Below are positions 39,071-49,778 of a stretch of DNA of 64,000 nt, piece after piece. This DNA is from Candidatus Poribacteria bacterium (lineage in GTDB: Bacteria; Poribacteria; WGA-4E; WGA-3G). Each line of letters starts with the position of its first letter. Within the stretch, counting starts at the first letter, position 1. Position numbers and translations under genes: made by a program. The notes under the pieces were generated by a model. That model worked only from the letters and a program-made list of their open reading frames with translations. It had not been told where the DNA came from and searched no databases. The stretch spans positions 1,600,001 to 1,664,000 of the forward strand of contig CAXXLX010000001.1 of the NCBI GenBank assembly GCA_963665235.2. Direction: 5' to 3'.

Positions 39071-39147
39071 AATTAGATACTCCTATTTTTTTTTTTGTTA
39101 TAAGGTGAAGGCATCGTGCCTTGCACCCGGCCAAATGCTCACGACAT

Positions 39148-39357
39148 TTAGGGAAGCGGGTCAAATCCACCTGGGTGATACGGGTGGCATTTTGATAAAC
39201 GTTTTAGCGTTAACCAGCTGCCTTTCAGGGTTCCGTATCGTGCTAATGCTTGCTGTGCGTAATCCGAACAGGTCGGATGGAAACGACATGTCGGCGGAAA
39301 AAGTGGAGAAATAAAACGGCGATATCCCTGGACCATGTAAAGCATGAAACGGTTCAT
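39148..39357 (-). CDS. yidD: Membrane protein insertion efficiency factor
   Basis: [27 protein letters not shown]. Confidence 0.95.
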   Translation of the reverse strand: MNRFMLYMVQGYRRFISPLFPPTCRFHPTCSDYAQQALARYGTLKGSWLTLKRLSKCHPYHPGGFDPLP

Positions 39358-39819
39358 TTTTTCTCCTTTTACAGCAAACACTTGCACTTACAAAACAGGG
39401 CTAAGGCCCGATTTTTTCCTAATATGTACTATAGTTTGGACAATATCCGTGAGGCTGATGCCCGATTTCAAAGCATTTCTCATTTTTCAGTTGTTCACAC
39501 AAATGCAAACAGGAGAAAAATAGACTCCGATGGGTTTTCCAAAGCGCGGCCCCAGCGGGGCGGAATGTTTATAGAATACACAACCCCCTAACCTATAAGC
39601 ACAAAACTTGGAGTGTTACGCATCGGACACTCCGCGTTCTCCGTGTGCTCCGTGCCTTCCGTGATTCAGACAACACACGCCAAATCCACCCTTCCACCCT
39701 TCCAATCTTCCACCCTTCTCTTTGACAAAAACGTTACCCGCTCCTAAAATTGTCCAAAGTTGAGTAATATGTAGGTCGATTTGAACTAGGTGAAACCCGA
39801 CTGGACAGCCTATTATCAA

Positions 39820-40170
39820 TCATCCCGTTCCAAATAGAGAGGCACGTTGGAATAGTTCGTATAATTTGTCCCGCGCTTGCTGCCCTGTGAGTTGTCCTGC
39901 TGGCGTTCTGCCGACAACAACAATATCGTACTGGGACAGCAGTTTCGGGCTTAGCACGCGAAACGCTTCACGAATTAATCTTTTGACACGATTCCGCTGA
40001 ACACTTTTGCCTACCTTTTTACTAACGGTTATCCCCAAACGGGACTGCTCCAACTGTGTTTGGCAGACATAGATTACAAAGTAGGCATTCCAATACTTTT
40101 TCCCTTTTTTATAGACTCTCTGAAATTCCCAAGACTTTTTCAACCTATGGGGATGTGGTCGGTACGGCAT
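39820..40170 (-). CDS. rnpA: Ribonuclease P protein component
   Basis: RLGITVSKKVGKSVQRNRVKRLIREAFR. Confidence 0.96.
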   Translation of the reverse strand: MPYRPHPHRLKKSWEFQRVYKKGKKYWNAYFVIYVCQTQLEQSRLGITVSKKVGKSVQRNRVKRLIREAFRVLSPKLLSQYDIVVVGRTPAGQLTGQQARDKLYELFQRASLFGTG

Positions 40171-40252
40171 AGTATAAAGACTTATTCGGCGTAGGACCGG
40201 GAACGACTTTCATGAGTCGCTATACCCGTCTACAGCAAATCCCGTTAGTGCC

Positions 40253-40765
40253 TCAATTGATGTAGAGATACTTTTTCCACGATGGATGGTACCCCCGAAA
40301 ATGACGGTTGAGCTGCAAGTACGTCAAGATTGAAGGCGTTTTCGGCAACCGTTCCAATGTGAACTGTGTCTCATAAAGCATCTGATTCCCTTTTTTGTTA
40401 TTGCATCGCTTACAGGCAGCGACAACGTTCTCCCACGTCGTTTTTCCGCCACGAGACAGCGGGATAACATGGTCAAGCGTAAGCATCCCAGCCGAGAATT
40501 CCTTACGACAATATTGACATGTATGTTGGTCGCGCACTAAGACATTTTTCCGGGAAAATTTGACAACACTCCGCGGCACATGCACGTAGTTTACCAATCG
40601 AATGACATGTGGTACTTTAACAACGGTCGTTGGCGACTGAATTTCTGCTTCAGACACCTCCTCTGTTTGCGCTGTCCCTTTGAAGACCATTTTCAGGGCA
40701 CGCCTGACGTTGCAAACGTTGATTGCTTCATAACTCGCGTTCAGTACCAAAACTGTGACTTCCAA
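40253..40765 (-). CDS. HNH endonuclease (McrA-like, HNH_5)
   Basis: VLVLNASYE, RDQHTCQYC, LTLDHVIPLSRGG, WENVVAACKRCNNKK. Confidence 0.92.
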   Translation of the reverse strand: MEVTVLVLNASYEAINVCNVRRALKMVFKGTAQTEEVSEAEIQSPTTVVKVPHVIRLVNYVHVPRSVVKFSRKNVLVRDQHTCQYCRKEFSAGMLTLDHVIPLSRGGKTTWENVVAACKRCNNKKGNQMLYETQFTLERLPKTPSILTYLQLNRHFRGYHPSWKKYLYIN

Positions 40766-40985
40766 TTGTCCATCCTCCTACAAGCAAGACATCCACATTT
40801 TACTTATATATTTTAACACATCTGCACGGGAATTGCAACTAAAAATCTTTATCCGTTTTACGTTGCGTTGGCGATTGAAGATTTTTGACTGCTGTGGCAT
40901 TTTCACTCTCACCATTTCACAGAAAAGTGTTATAATACATGAAAGAATGTCTTTTGTCCTATGTTTGGACGATTTCATATATATA

Positions 40986-41137
40986 ACGTGAGCTTGATAA
41001 TAAATATCCGTTTGCTCTAAACCTTTTTCATCGCGAAAAAAGCGGTATAATTGTAGCATAAACTTCCTAGTTTGTGCTGTTTTTTGCTAAAACTACCACA
41101 GAACGCTCTAGGTCAAAACTTTTTTTCAAACTCGCGT
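40986..41137. mobile_element. MITE (ACGTGAG ends) carrying REP GTAGCATAAACTTCCTAGTTTGTG
   Basis: ACGTGAGCTTG...CAAACTCGCGT flanked by (TA)n on both sides; internal REP at ~41053-41076. Confidence 0.68.
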
Positions 41138-41308
41138 TATATATAGTAAAGCATATAATTATTGGGACATTTCGTAGCACAAAGTGAATCCCTAAAGTCG
41201 TAATCACAAAACTTCGATTTTTACACATCTTAAAATCCGCGTCCTCTGTGTTCTCCGCGCTAATCCGCGATTCTGACAATCCCTGCAACAAAAACTTTAC
41301 ACACCCTC

Positions 41309-41338
41309 TTGACAGAACAGTGCCAATTTTGTTAAAAT
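41309..41338 (+). promoter_or_regulatory. Sigma70 promoter
   Basis: TTGACA-18 nt-TAAAAT with a TG extension. Confidence 0.55.
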
Positions 41339-41480
41339 AGAAACATATTGAATTTGGTATACGAAACGAGCGAACTATTTCGCTATATAAGTTGAATACT
41401 CGAAACTTTCCGCTAGCACCCTGAAATGGGCTACGTCAAATCGGGTGCAGGGAAGAAAATTGAAAAGGAGAAATGGATAA

Positions 41481-41834
41481 ATGTTAGCTGAGATACGTCA
41501 GAGAGAAGGTGTCATTGTCATTCGACCCACGGGACGCATGATTGGGGCTGCTAATGCAGAAATTAGACAACAAATTAACGAGGAACTTGAGGAATATTTC
41601 GATACACCTAAAGTTCTCTTTAACCTCGATGATGTCACCCGGATGGACAGTAGCGGCCTAGGCACGCTTGTTTCCGTGCACGTGACCGTCTCAAAGAAAG
41701 GCGGGCGTACGGGCCTCGTCAACGCCGGGGCACATATTCGGAACCTTCTTGTCCTCGGTCGGTTAATTACCGTTTTCGAGAGCTACGATACTGAGGAAGA
41801 GGCAATCCTGGCGATGAGCTCGGACGAGAGTTAG
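41481..41834 (+). CDS. STAS-domain anti-sigma factor antagonist
   Basis: NLDDVTRMDSSGLGTLV motif; 117 aa. Confidence 0.92.
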   Translation: MLAEIRQREGVIVIRPTGRMIGAANAEIRQQINEELEEYFDTPKVLFNLDDVTRMDSSGLGTLVSVHVTVSKKGGRTGLVNAGAHIRNLLVLGRLITVFESYDTEEEAILAMSSDES

Positions 41835-41960
41835 CGGACGGCATCACGTGTATCATAATCTTTTCTGTCACGCTGACGCATCCCGCCCAGCCAAACCTGT
41901 GTGGTGCATGCCCCGCGTGCCGAAATAACAAGACTACTGCAACTAAGGTGAAGGAGATTC

Positions 41961-43118
41961 ATGGCAAATCAGAACTGTCCAACCCTTACAGTCAATGCAG
42001 GCTTCCACAATCGGGAGGCGTGCCCTATTACTGTTAACGTCGACCATCCCGATGTCAGTCAATTTGTCGGGCGAGATGTCGTTTTAACAGATTCAGAGAG
42101 TGGCGATGTGATATCAGCACAATGCTACGTCGGCGACGACGGTACGTCTACCACCCTTGCATGGGTGCTTGATAGTCTTACCGCCGGGGACTCGCGTACC
42201 TATACGCTCTCTGAGGGAACTATTGCCGATGAAGCCGGGGTTGAATTACATGAGCATGCGGAAACAATTGATGTCACGCTCAACGGGCGACCGTTTACGA
42301 CGTTCCGCTACGGTAAAGCACAGTTTCGTCCCTATTTTTACCCAGTGCTCGGGCCGAATGGATGCCAAGTGACCCGCGGCGAAACAAGCGACATTTCAAA
42401 AGACCACGTGCATCACCGCTCCCTCTATGTCGCTTATGGTGAAGTCAACGATATTGACCTCTGGGGTGAAGGGAAAAATTCCGGAAGAGTTGTGCATCAA
42501 GCTTTCACACAAAAACATGGTGGAGCAAGTGTCGGTAGAATTTACACCGAAAACACCTGGGAAACACAAGCAGGTGAGGTGATAATGGCGGACAAGCAGA
42601 ATTTCCGTATTTATAATCTTGCCGAAGATGCTGCAATTCTCGACCTAGATTTAAGTTTCATCGCTTCCGACGGTGATGTCCATTTTGGAGACACTAAAGA
42701 GGGGGGGCTCATGTCTATTCGGGTGCATCCCTCAATGAACGCTTCGGATGGCGGGAAGATTGAAAACGCTTTCGGCGGTATAAACGAAGGCGAAACCTGG
42801 GGAAAACGCGCCAATTGGTGCGATTATTCCGGTGTCGTTGATGGCACCCCGGTTGGACTCGCGGTCTTCGACCATATTGTTAATCCGCGCTACCCGACCT
42901 ACTGGCACGTTCGCAACTACGGGTTAATGGGAACTAACATTTTTGGAAGCGGCACCTTTGAACGGGACACATCTAAAGATGGCTCCTATACACTCAAACA
43001 GGGGCAATCGATGCACTTCCGGTTCCGCGTACTTGTTCATGCTGGCGATGCAACCGTTGGCAAAGTAGCACAGAAATATCACGATTTCATCAACCCACCT
43101 GCGGTTGAGATTTCCTGA
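41961..43118 (+). CDS. DUF6807/'PmoA-family' hypothetical protein
   Basis: RPYFYPV, DHVHHRSL, FGDTKEGG, WGKRANWCDYSG, WHVRNYG. Confidence 0.78.
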   Translation: MANQNCPTLTVNAGFHNREACPITVNVDHPDVSQFVGRDVVLTDSESGDVISAQCYVGDDGTSTTLAWVLDSLTAGDSRTYTLSEGTIADEAGVELHEHAETIDVTLNGRPFTTFRYGKAQFRPYFYPVLGPNGCQVTRGETSDISKDHVHHRSLYVAYGEVNDIDLWGEGKNSGRVVHQAFTQKHGGASVGRIYTENTWETQAGEVIMADKQNFRIYNLAEDAAILDLDLSFIASDGDVHFGDTKEGGLMSIRVHPSMNASDGGKIENAFGGINEGETWGKRANWCDYSGVVDGTPVGLAVFDHIVNPRYPTYWHVRNYGLMGTNIFGSGTFERDTSKDGSYTLKQGQSMHFRFRVLVHAGDATVGKVAQKYHDFINPPAVEIS

Positions 43119-43191
43119 AGACAGAACAGGGGCCCACCTCACGGGGGTCCACTTTTTCTACAATGAGTTTATGTGAAGGAGAATTTCTAAT

Positions 43192-44259
43192 ATGCCTGTT
43201 CGTACTATTCATGTGGGATGTACCCATTTTGCACACGGCCGCCTACAAGCACAAGTCAACACACATGGACTTGAACCTGTGGCGTGTGTAGACATCAATC
43301 TTGAAAGCGCAAAGAATGGCGTTGAATCGATAAATGGTGCCCCTGAAGGTTTGTCAGAGCGCATCTATACAACCATAACCGAAGCTAAAGAGAAACACGA
43401 CGCTGAGGCGTGTCTTATCTATGCCTCAACAACAGCACACGCCGAGCTCATCGTTGAAAGCCTGAATCTCGGCATGCATACGCTCTGTGTCAAACCCATT
43501 GCAACGACACAAGCGGAATTCCACGACATTATCCAAGCACACAAGGCGAACCCTGGAACAATCCTAGTGCAAGGACAAAACAAGCGATGGAATCCAGCAG
43601 CTGCGAAAATGCGCGAATGGCTCCGGGAGGAAGATGGCATCGGTGAAATGTTAGGCGGCGAATGCCGATTCTGGATACGCCAAAATTTGCATACCGGCCC
43701 CAATTCCCGACAACCCGACGCTTACGTTGATGGGCTCTATTTTCATGCAGGATGCAGCCATCAACTCGACCAGCTTGTGGCCGCGAAAGGACTGCCAAAG
43801 TATGTTACGGCACAAGTTCACAACCGTCGTGACCCAGCACTCGGACAAATAGAAGCCTGGGGCACAGCAGGTGGAAACGCCTTGATGGAATATGCCAACG
43901 GCGCACCCTTCACCTACGCTGGCACTCGCGCAGGCCACATGGGTGCCTACGGATGGAGCGGCAGCTGGACATTCCACGGCGAAGAGGGTGACCTACGCAG
44001 AGACGGGGGACACTTGCAACTTTTCCGAACAGGACAAAATATCGAAGACTTGTCACTGCAAGACCTCCACGGGGGACTGATTGAAGACGACAGGCTCCAG
44101 TTTGACGCATTCGCCGAAGCCATTACCACCGGTAAAGACCGGGACTGGATTCAGGATAGCACGCTCGGAACATGGATATTGATGGAAGCGTGTAACGAGT
44201 CTGCCCGAACACACGAACGCGTTGATATGGAAGCATTTGCTAAGAAGATGCTCGCTTGA
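43192..44259 (+). CDS. Gfo/Idh/MocA family oxidoreductase
   Basis: Rossmann-like N-terminus, HTLCVKPI, QNKRWNP, SHQLD. Confidence 0.75.
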   Translation: MPVRTIHVGCTHFAHGRLQAQVNTHGLEPVACVDINLESAKNGVESINGAPEGLSERIYTTITEAKEKHDAEACLIYASTTAHAELIVESLNLGMHTLCVKPIATTQAEFHDIIQAHKANPGTILVQGQNKRWNPAAAKMREWLREEDGIGEMLGGECRFWIRQNLHTGPNSRQPDAYVDGLYFHAGCSHQLDQLVAAKGLPKYVTAQVHNRRDPALGQIEAWGTAGGNALMEYANGAPFTYAGTRAGHMGAYGWSGSWTFHGEEGDLRRDGGHLQLFRTGQNIEDLSLQDLHGGLIEDDRLQFDAFAEAITTGKDRDWIQDSTLGTWILMEACNESARTHERVDMEAFAKKMLA

Positions 44260-44302
44260 ATCCTATATAACCAATCACAAGAATTAATAAGGGAGGCTTC
44301 AG

Positions 44303-45931
44303 ATGCAATCCCCACACGGTTCAGCGTTTCGTCCCTCTGTGATGGGTAGAAACGGCATGGTTACATCAGGCCACGTGCTTGCCTCACAAGCGGGCATACA
44401 GACAATGATGGCAGGCGGCAACGCTGTTGATGCTGCAATTGCCACCGCCGCTGCCCTAGGGGTTGTTGAACCCGCGGGCTCCGGTGTCGGCGGCGATGGC
44501 TTTATCCTCATCTATTGGGCAGAAACAGGACAGGTCGCCGCTGTGAATGCAACGGGACCGGCACCGCATGCCGCAACCCGCGATACCTATCTCAAAAATG
44601 GCGGTATTCCCATGAAAGGCATGCGGAGTGTTTCTGTGCCCGGACTCGTTGATGGCTGGCTCCTCGCCCATGAACGTTACGGCGTGCTCAAGTTAGAAGA
44701 CGTTTTTGCCCCTGCAATTTCGCTTTGTGAAGATGGGTTTCCCGTAAGTCATAGACTTGCTGGCGGTCTCAGAGGTGAGAATGCACGCTTCGCCGCTGAA
44801 CCGGACAGTCGTGCTGTTTTTACAAACGATGGCGAACCGATTGCTGCAGGTCAACTCCTTGCAAATCCGAACCTCGGCACAACCCTCCGCAAAATCGCTA
44901 AAGATGGTAGAGAGACATTCTACGAAGGCGACATTGCCAAAACTATCGCAGAATTCAGCCATGCCTACGATGGACTCTTAACGGCTGAAGACCTCGCTAA
45001 CTTTCATGCCCACTGGGACGACCCGATACACGTCAACTACCGTGGATACGAAGTCTATGAGATGCCTCCCAATTCAAGCGGACATATTCTATTGCAAGAA
45101 CTGAACATCGTTGAGCTGTTTGACTTGCCAGCCTTGGGATGCAACACCACAGAAAGTGTGCATCTGATGGTTGAAGCGAAAAAACTCGCCTTCGCCGACA
45201 GGGAAAAATATATGGCAGACCCGAATTGGGTGGATGTTCCCATTGAAGGTATGTTATCTAAATCCTACGCCGCCGAACAGGCGAAACGCATCGATTTAGA
45301 AAACGCCGCGGTTGATGTTCCCGCAGGTGGACCAGAAGCACACGAAGATACAACCTGTTTCTGCACCGCTGACCGCGCAGGAAATCTGGTTTGTGTGCTA
45401 CAGAGCATTCAATCCGGTTTCGGCTCCAGCTTGATTGCAGGCGACACGGGCATTCTGCTAAACAACCGAATGACCTATTGGCACCTGGAGGAAGACCATC
45501 CCAACTGCTTAATGCCGGGCAAACGTGTCCGCCACACGATGAATCCTGTCATCGTCACAAAAGATGGAAAACCTCTGTTAGCATGCGGAACACCGGGGGC
45601 TGATACGCAGGTGCAGACCAATCTACAATTGGTGACACATGTCCTTGACTTCGGGATGACCCCACAAGAGGCGGTATCTGCTCCGCGCTGGCGCAGTTTA
45701 CAGAACCCGATGGAGTCTACTATACCACACACATGTTCCAATCACCTTCAATTGGAGACACGATTTTCTTCAGAAACCAAAGATGGATTAGCGGAAAGAG
45801 GTCATGAACTCCAAATCGTCGGGGATTGGGGCGGTCCGGGGAGTGCCCAGATGATAAAGGTGCATCCTGAATCGGGCGCGCTTATCGGCGGGTCCGATCC
45901 GAGGACTGATGGGTACGCGGTTGCTTTTTAA
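44303..45931 (+). CDS. ggt: Gamma-glutamyltransferase
   Basis: GGNAVDAAIA, MPPNSSG, DTTCF nucleophile, QSIQSGFGS, LNNRM, GTPGAD, GGSDPR. Confidence 0.93.
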   Translation: MQSPHGSAFRPSVMGRNGMVTSGHVLASQAGIQTMMAGGNAVDAAIATAAALGVVEPAGSGVGGDGFILIYWAETGQVAAVNATGPAPHAATRDTYLKNGGIPMKGMRSVSVPGLVDGWLLAHERYGVLKLEDVFAPAISLCEDGFPVSHRLAGGLRGENARFAAEPDSRAVFTNDGEPIAAGQLLANPNLGTTLRKIAKDGRETFYEGDIAKTIAEFSHAYDGLLTAEDLANFHAHWDDPIHVNYRGYEVYEMPPNSSGHILLQELNIVELFDLPALGCNTTESVHLMVEAKKLAFADREKYMADPNWVDVPIEGMLSKSYAAEQAKRIDLENAAVDVPAGGPEAHEDTTCFCTADRAGNLVCVLQSIQSGFGSSLIAGDTGILLNNRMTYWHLEEDHPNCLMPGKRVRHTMNPVIVTKDGKPLLACGTPGADTQVQTNLQLVTHVLDFGMTPQEAVSAPRWRSLQNPMESTIPHTCSNHLQLETRFSSETKDGLAERGHELQIVGDWGGPGSAQMIKVHPESGALIGGSDPRTDGYAVAF

Positions 45932-45947
45932 AAATATGGTAATTGTA

Positions 45948-45973
45948 AACGGCGCGCGGAGCGTGCCTACTAC
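45948..45973 (-). repeat. GTAG-type REP palindrome (GTAGTAGGCACGCTCCGCGCGCCGT)
   Basis: GTAG followed by an imperfect hairpin, in the intergenic gap. Confidence 0.55.
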
Positions 45974-45994
45974 TTTGAACGGAGAGGCACGTAC

Positions 45995-47047
45995 ATGAAA
46001 ATTTTAGTCACAGGCGGCACCGGCCGCATCGGCTCGAATTTAGTCAAAAAATTGTTGGAAAAGGAACACGATATCCGGTGTTTTACCTATCCCGGCGATG
46101 CAAATCGTGTTGACAGGTGGAAAGGTAACGACAAAGTTGAGACCCGCCTCGGCGATCTGCGCGAATACGAGGATGTCAAAAAAGCCGTTGAAGGTGTAGA
46201 CGCTATCTATCATATCGCTGCTGCCTTCGGGGGGCCGTTTAACAACCGCGATTATTTGGCTATCAACGGAATGGGCACGCTCAACATTTTGGAATGTGTC
46301 CGCGAATTCAACCCGAACATTCATCGCCTCGTTTATGCGTGTACCGAAGCAATCTATTGGCAATTGACCGAAAAAGGTAGACTTTTCAACGAACCGATTA
46401 CTGAGGACATGGTCGCCAAATACCATCACATGCCCTATTTCCTCACGAAGTGGATTGGTGAAGAGCTCTGTATGGCGTATCATCATCAATACAGCGTGCC
46501 CTCCACAGTGTTTCGGTTTACGACTGTCATTGAACCGAGTGAATTTCTCAATGATGATGGGCTGCCCAAACAATTCGTCTTTAGTCCTATCTATAACCGA
46601 TACAAAAACTATAAAGGCAACGACCCTGCCGAATTAGAGACAGCAGAAGCTGTCAAAAAGGCTTGGAACGGCGAAGAAAAATTCGTCCTGAAACGGAATC
46701 CCGATGGCCGTCCCTATAAGGAACATTTTACCGATATCCGGGATATAGTCCAAGGATTAGTTCTAGGAATTGAGAAGGATGCGGCTGTCGGTCAAGAATT
46801 TACACTTGGTGGAAACGGGATTTTTAATTTTCAGGAAGTAATTCCTTATCTGTGTGAACGGTACAAAATGGATTACGCGGATATTAAACTCACGAACCCC
46901 AACTATTTTGAGTTTGACCTGACCAAAATCAAAACCCTGCTCGATTATGAACCGCAACACGACTTGGCAGGCATTCTTGATGCCGCAGAAGCGATGCGCC
47001 GGGGTGAAGATGTCGGTATCATTCCGACAGGTGTCCGATGGGGTTAA
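45995..47047 (+). CDS. NAD-dependent epimerase/dehydratase (extended SDR)
   Basis: ILVTGGTGRIG; YFLTK (YxxxK). Confidence 0.88.
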   Translation: MKILVTGGTGRIGSNLVKKLLEKEHDIRCFTYPGDANRVDRWKGNDKVETRLGDLREYEDVKKAVEGVDAIYHIAAAFGGPFNNRDYLAINGMGTLNILECVREFNPNIHRLVYACTEAIYWQLTEKGRLFNEPITEDMVAKYHHMPYFLTKWIGEELCMAYHHQYSVPSTVFRFTTVIEPSEFLNDDGLPKQFVFSPIYNRYKNYKGNDPAELETAEAVKKAWNGEEKFVLKRNPDGRPYKEHFTDIRDIVQGLVLGIEKDAAVGQEFTLGGNGIFNFQEVIPYLCERYKMDYADIKLTNPNYFEFDLTKIKTLLDYEPQHDLAGILDAAEAMRRGEDVGIIPTGVRWG

Positions 47048-47212
47048 TCAATTTTTTGAACAATTCACTTTTTTTCCTTGACATACTAAAAATCGTTAAG
47101 TTAAACTTAAAGTATCCAGAATATCAACCTATCACTATATTGGACTAGACGTAAGATTTCAGAAAAGTTTAGCAAAAAGGAGCAGGTTTCTCTCCCCTGC
47201 CTTGAGATAAGG

Positions 47213-48865
47213 GTGGAAAGCCTGAAGAACATAAAAATGAAAAAAATAATATCCGGGATACCTCGCTACGCTTGGCTTACCCTATTCGCGTTCGCGTTTT
47301 TGACGTTGAATTGCACCCCCAAAACCATGTCGCCTACGATGTGGCAAGTCTCCTCAAGTACGAAACACCTCGACCGGCACATTGATGCTGTGCTCAAAAA
47401 AGAGGGAATTGAACCCTCTAAACAGTCAAAAGATGCCGAATTTTTACGCCGTATCCATCTGGATATGACCGGCAAAATTCCAACCTCCGCTGAAGTGCTG
47501 GATTTTATCAATGACGGTTCTTCAAACAAACGTTCCAAAAAAATCGACGAACTTATCAGAAGCAAAGAAGCTGTTGATTACTGGACACTGTTATGGGTGA
47601 ATTGGTTAATCGGCAGACGCGACGATGGCGATGACCGCCGCATCGGGTTAACAGGCTGGGTGCACGAGGCACTTGGAACCAATATGCCGTATAACCAGTT
47701 TGTCAAAGAACTTGTTGCTGCGGATGGTGAATTACAAGACAACGCCGCGGGCAACTACGTCCTGCGTTATGAACGTTCACCTGTCTTTTTAACCTCTCAT
47801 ACCTCTCGTCTCTTCCTCGGGCTTCCGATGCAGTGCGCTGAATGCCACGACCATAAAACCGAAGAATGGTTACAGGAAGATTTCTATGGTGTAGCTGCCT
47901 TCTTCGCAGGTATCGAAAGCGAGGAGAAGGGCTACCTCAAAACTACGGATATGGATGGTACTGTGATAGAGACCGAAATGGAAAATTACCTTATCACAAA
48001 TTCCGCAAAACAGAATAGGATGCTTTATGTCGAAAGCATGAAGGAATCGGTGCCGCCGCGTTTCCTAGATGGAACCGAATATAAAGGTGAGCTCACCAAA
48101 AAACGTAAAGCCCTCGCCGAATGGATGACCGCTAAAACGAACCCTTACTTTAGCAAGGCAATCGTAAATCGCATCTGGAAACACTTTATGGGACGCGCAT
48201 TTGTCGAACCGATTGATGGATTCGGAACGGAGAGCCCACCGACCAACCCCGCCCTGTTGAATTGGTTGGCTGAAGACTTCGTCATTCACGGATACGACTT
48301 GCAATACCTGATGCGGACCATTCTCAATTCCAAGGCGTACCAGCGGACCTCAGAGACAAATAAGAGCAACAAGGACGATGACATCTATTATTCACACGCC
48401 TATGTGAAACCCCTAAGTGCTGAGCAGTTCTTCTATTCTATGCTTCAAGCCACCGGGTTCGAGCGGTTCCAAAAATTGCGAGACCGTGGACAACTTGAGA
48501 GTATGAAACAGGAACACCTGAGAAAGTTCCTCTTTCTGCTTGATAACGGTGAGATGGAAGAAATTGAGGCGTTCAACGGAACTGTCCCTCAGGCACTTAT
48601 GATGATTAACGGCGACTTGGTTAACAATAGTGCCAATCACGCGCAACACGGAAGTTTTATTAACTTCGTTCTTGGAAAATGGCGTGACCCGATGGAACGG
48701 TTAGAGTATATCTATCTCACTGTCCTGTCGCGCAAACCGACTAATAAAGAGAGAACCTATTTCCAACGTTACCTTGAGCGGAGCCTCTATCGCGACAAGA
48801 AACTGGCTTACGAAGATATGTATTGGGTTTTGCTCAATTCAGCTGAGTTTTCACTAAACCACTAA
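47213..48865 (+). CDS. DUF1549/DUF1553 (PSCyt2/PSD1) planctomycete-type protein with CxxCH
   Basis: FLRRIHLDMTG, LGLPMQCAECHDHK, VNRIWKHFMGR, VPQALMMIN, WVLLNSAEF. Start may be 47237. Confidence 0.9.
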   Translation: MESLKNIKMKKIISGIPRYAWLTLFAFAFLTLNCTPKTMSPTMWQVSSSTKHLDRHIDAVLKKEGIEPSKQSKDAEFLRRIHLDMTGKIPTSAEVLDFINDGSSNKRSKKIDELIRSKEAVDYWTLLWVNWLIGRRDDGDDRRIGLTGWVHEALGTNMPYNQFVKELVAADGELQDNAAGNYVLRYERSPVFLTSHTSRLFLGLPMQCAECHDHKTEEWLQEDFYGVAAFFAGIESEEKGYLKTTDMDGTVIETEMENYLITNSAKQNRMLYVESMKESVPPRFLDGTEYKGELTKKRKALAEWMTAKTNPYFSKAIVNRIWKHFMGRAFVEPIDGFGTESPPTNPALLNWLAEDFVIHGYDLQYLMRTILNSKAYQRTSETNKSNKDDDIYYSHAYVKPLSAEQFFYSMLQATGFERFQKLRDRGQLESMKQEHLRKFLFLLDNGEMEEIEAFNGTVPQALMMINGDLVNNSANHAQHGSFINFVLGKWRDPMERLEYIYLTVLSRKPTNKERTYFQRYLERSLYRDKKLAYEDMYWVLLNSAEFSLNH

Positions 48866-48874
48866 AACTGAAAA

Positions 48875-48901
48875 GACGGTTCGCCCTAGCAGCGAACCGT
48901 C
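48875..48901 (+). terminator. Intergenic hairpin
   Basis: AGACGGTTCGC-loop-GCGAACCGTCT; no U-tract. Confidence 0.4.
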
Positions 48902-48925
48902 TCGAAAATAAAGGGGTATTGTCAA

Positions 48926-49651
48926 ATGAAAAGGTACGGGACGTTTATTCTCTTGTGTTGTTTCACCTTCGGCATGGCAACGGTTGCCATGTCACAAATC
49001 TACTTTGAGGATAACTTCGACAACGTAAATCAATCGAAAAAGAAGTGGGCCCCCTTGTGGGGGGACTGGGAATTCAAAGATAAGGAATACCATCAACTCT
49101 CAAATGATACCAATTGCATGAGTATTGTTACCGATGATTATTGGGATGAAGAGTGGAATGATTACACCTACGAGGTGAGCGGTAATAAAATCGGTGGTGC
49201 CGAAGGTTTCCTGATTATGTTCAGATGCCAAGGTACGATGGGAGGCCGTGGAAAGAATCTTGCCGCACATCCACCGCGCATGCAAAATCAACCTATGTTG
49301 CAATATTGGTGGAATCTTGGCGGTTGGAACAATTCCATTTCAAGAATGGAAGTTTGGGACAAAGGTGTACATAGGCTTGAAGCCGAAAGTAATCACATTA
49401 TTGACACGGATAAATGGTATAGCATCAAAATCGTCAATACACCCACTAGCTACACGCTCTTCATCGACGATGAGAAGGTAGAAACGGTCGACGATGATAC
49501 CAGAGACGGTGTAGGTCGCATCGGTGTCGCAGTGTGGGGCACCGCTGCAAAGTATAACGATGTGCTTGTTTACGGCCCGGACGGCCCCTTACCTGTTAAT
49601 CCGAAAGGAAAGGTCGCAACCGCTTGGGGACTTCTCAAAGCCGGTAGGTAA
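48926..49651 (+). CDS. Secreted jelly-roll (DUF1080/LamG-like) protein with C-terminal WGxLK tail
   Basis: Signal peptide, FEDNFD, WYSIKI, GRIGV; ends VNPKGKVATAWGLLKAGR. Confidence 0.78.
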   Translation: MKRYGTFILLCCFTFGMATVAMSQIYFEDNFDNVNQSKKKWAPLWGDWEFKDKEYHQLSNDTNCMSIVTDDYWDEEWNDYTYEVSGNKIGGAEGFLIMFRCQGTMGGRGKNLAAHPPRMQNQPMLQYWWNLGGWNNSISRMEVWDKGVHRLEAESNHIIDTDKWYSIKIVNTPTSYTLFIDDEKVETVDDDTRDGVGRIGVAVWGTAAKYNDVLVYGPDGPLPVNPKGKVATAWGLLKAGR

Positions 49652-49672
49652 CGCTATTTTTCTATAAAAAAT

Positions 49673-49714
49673 GGGAGGGAGTGCCATCGCAAGATGGTGC
49701 TCCCTCCTTTTTTT
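49673..49714 (+). terminator. Intrinsic terminator
   Basis: GGAGGGAGTGCCATC-GCAA-GATGGTGCTCCCTCC followed by a T-run. Confidence 0.8.
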
Positions 49715-49778
49715 GTTGTAGCAACCAATCCTGATTTTGCTTTCCATAGCGAGGAGATACGCCGAAAACGCGAGTATC

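Noticed and set aside
39616-39819. 67-aa ORF between rnpA and yidD
   Set aside because: Composed of short 8-9-nt repeat families (CTTCCACC, CTCCGTG..) also found at 13250, 25750 and 41240.
41413-41452. Riboswitch upstream of the STAS gene
   Set aside because: A single GCACCC/GGGTGC stem is not enough to assign a class.
41961-43118. Particulate methane monooxygenase
   Set aside because: Soluble protein with no TM helices and no pmoCB; the family label is misleading.
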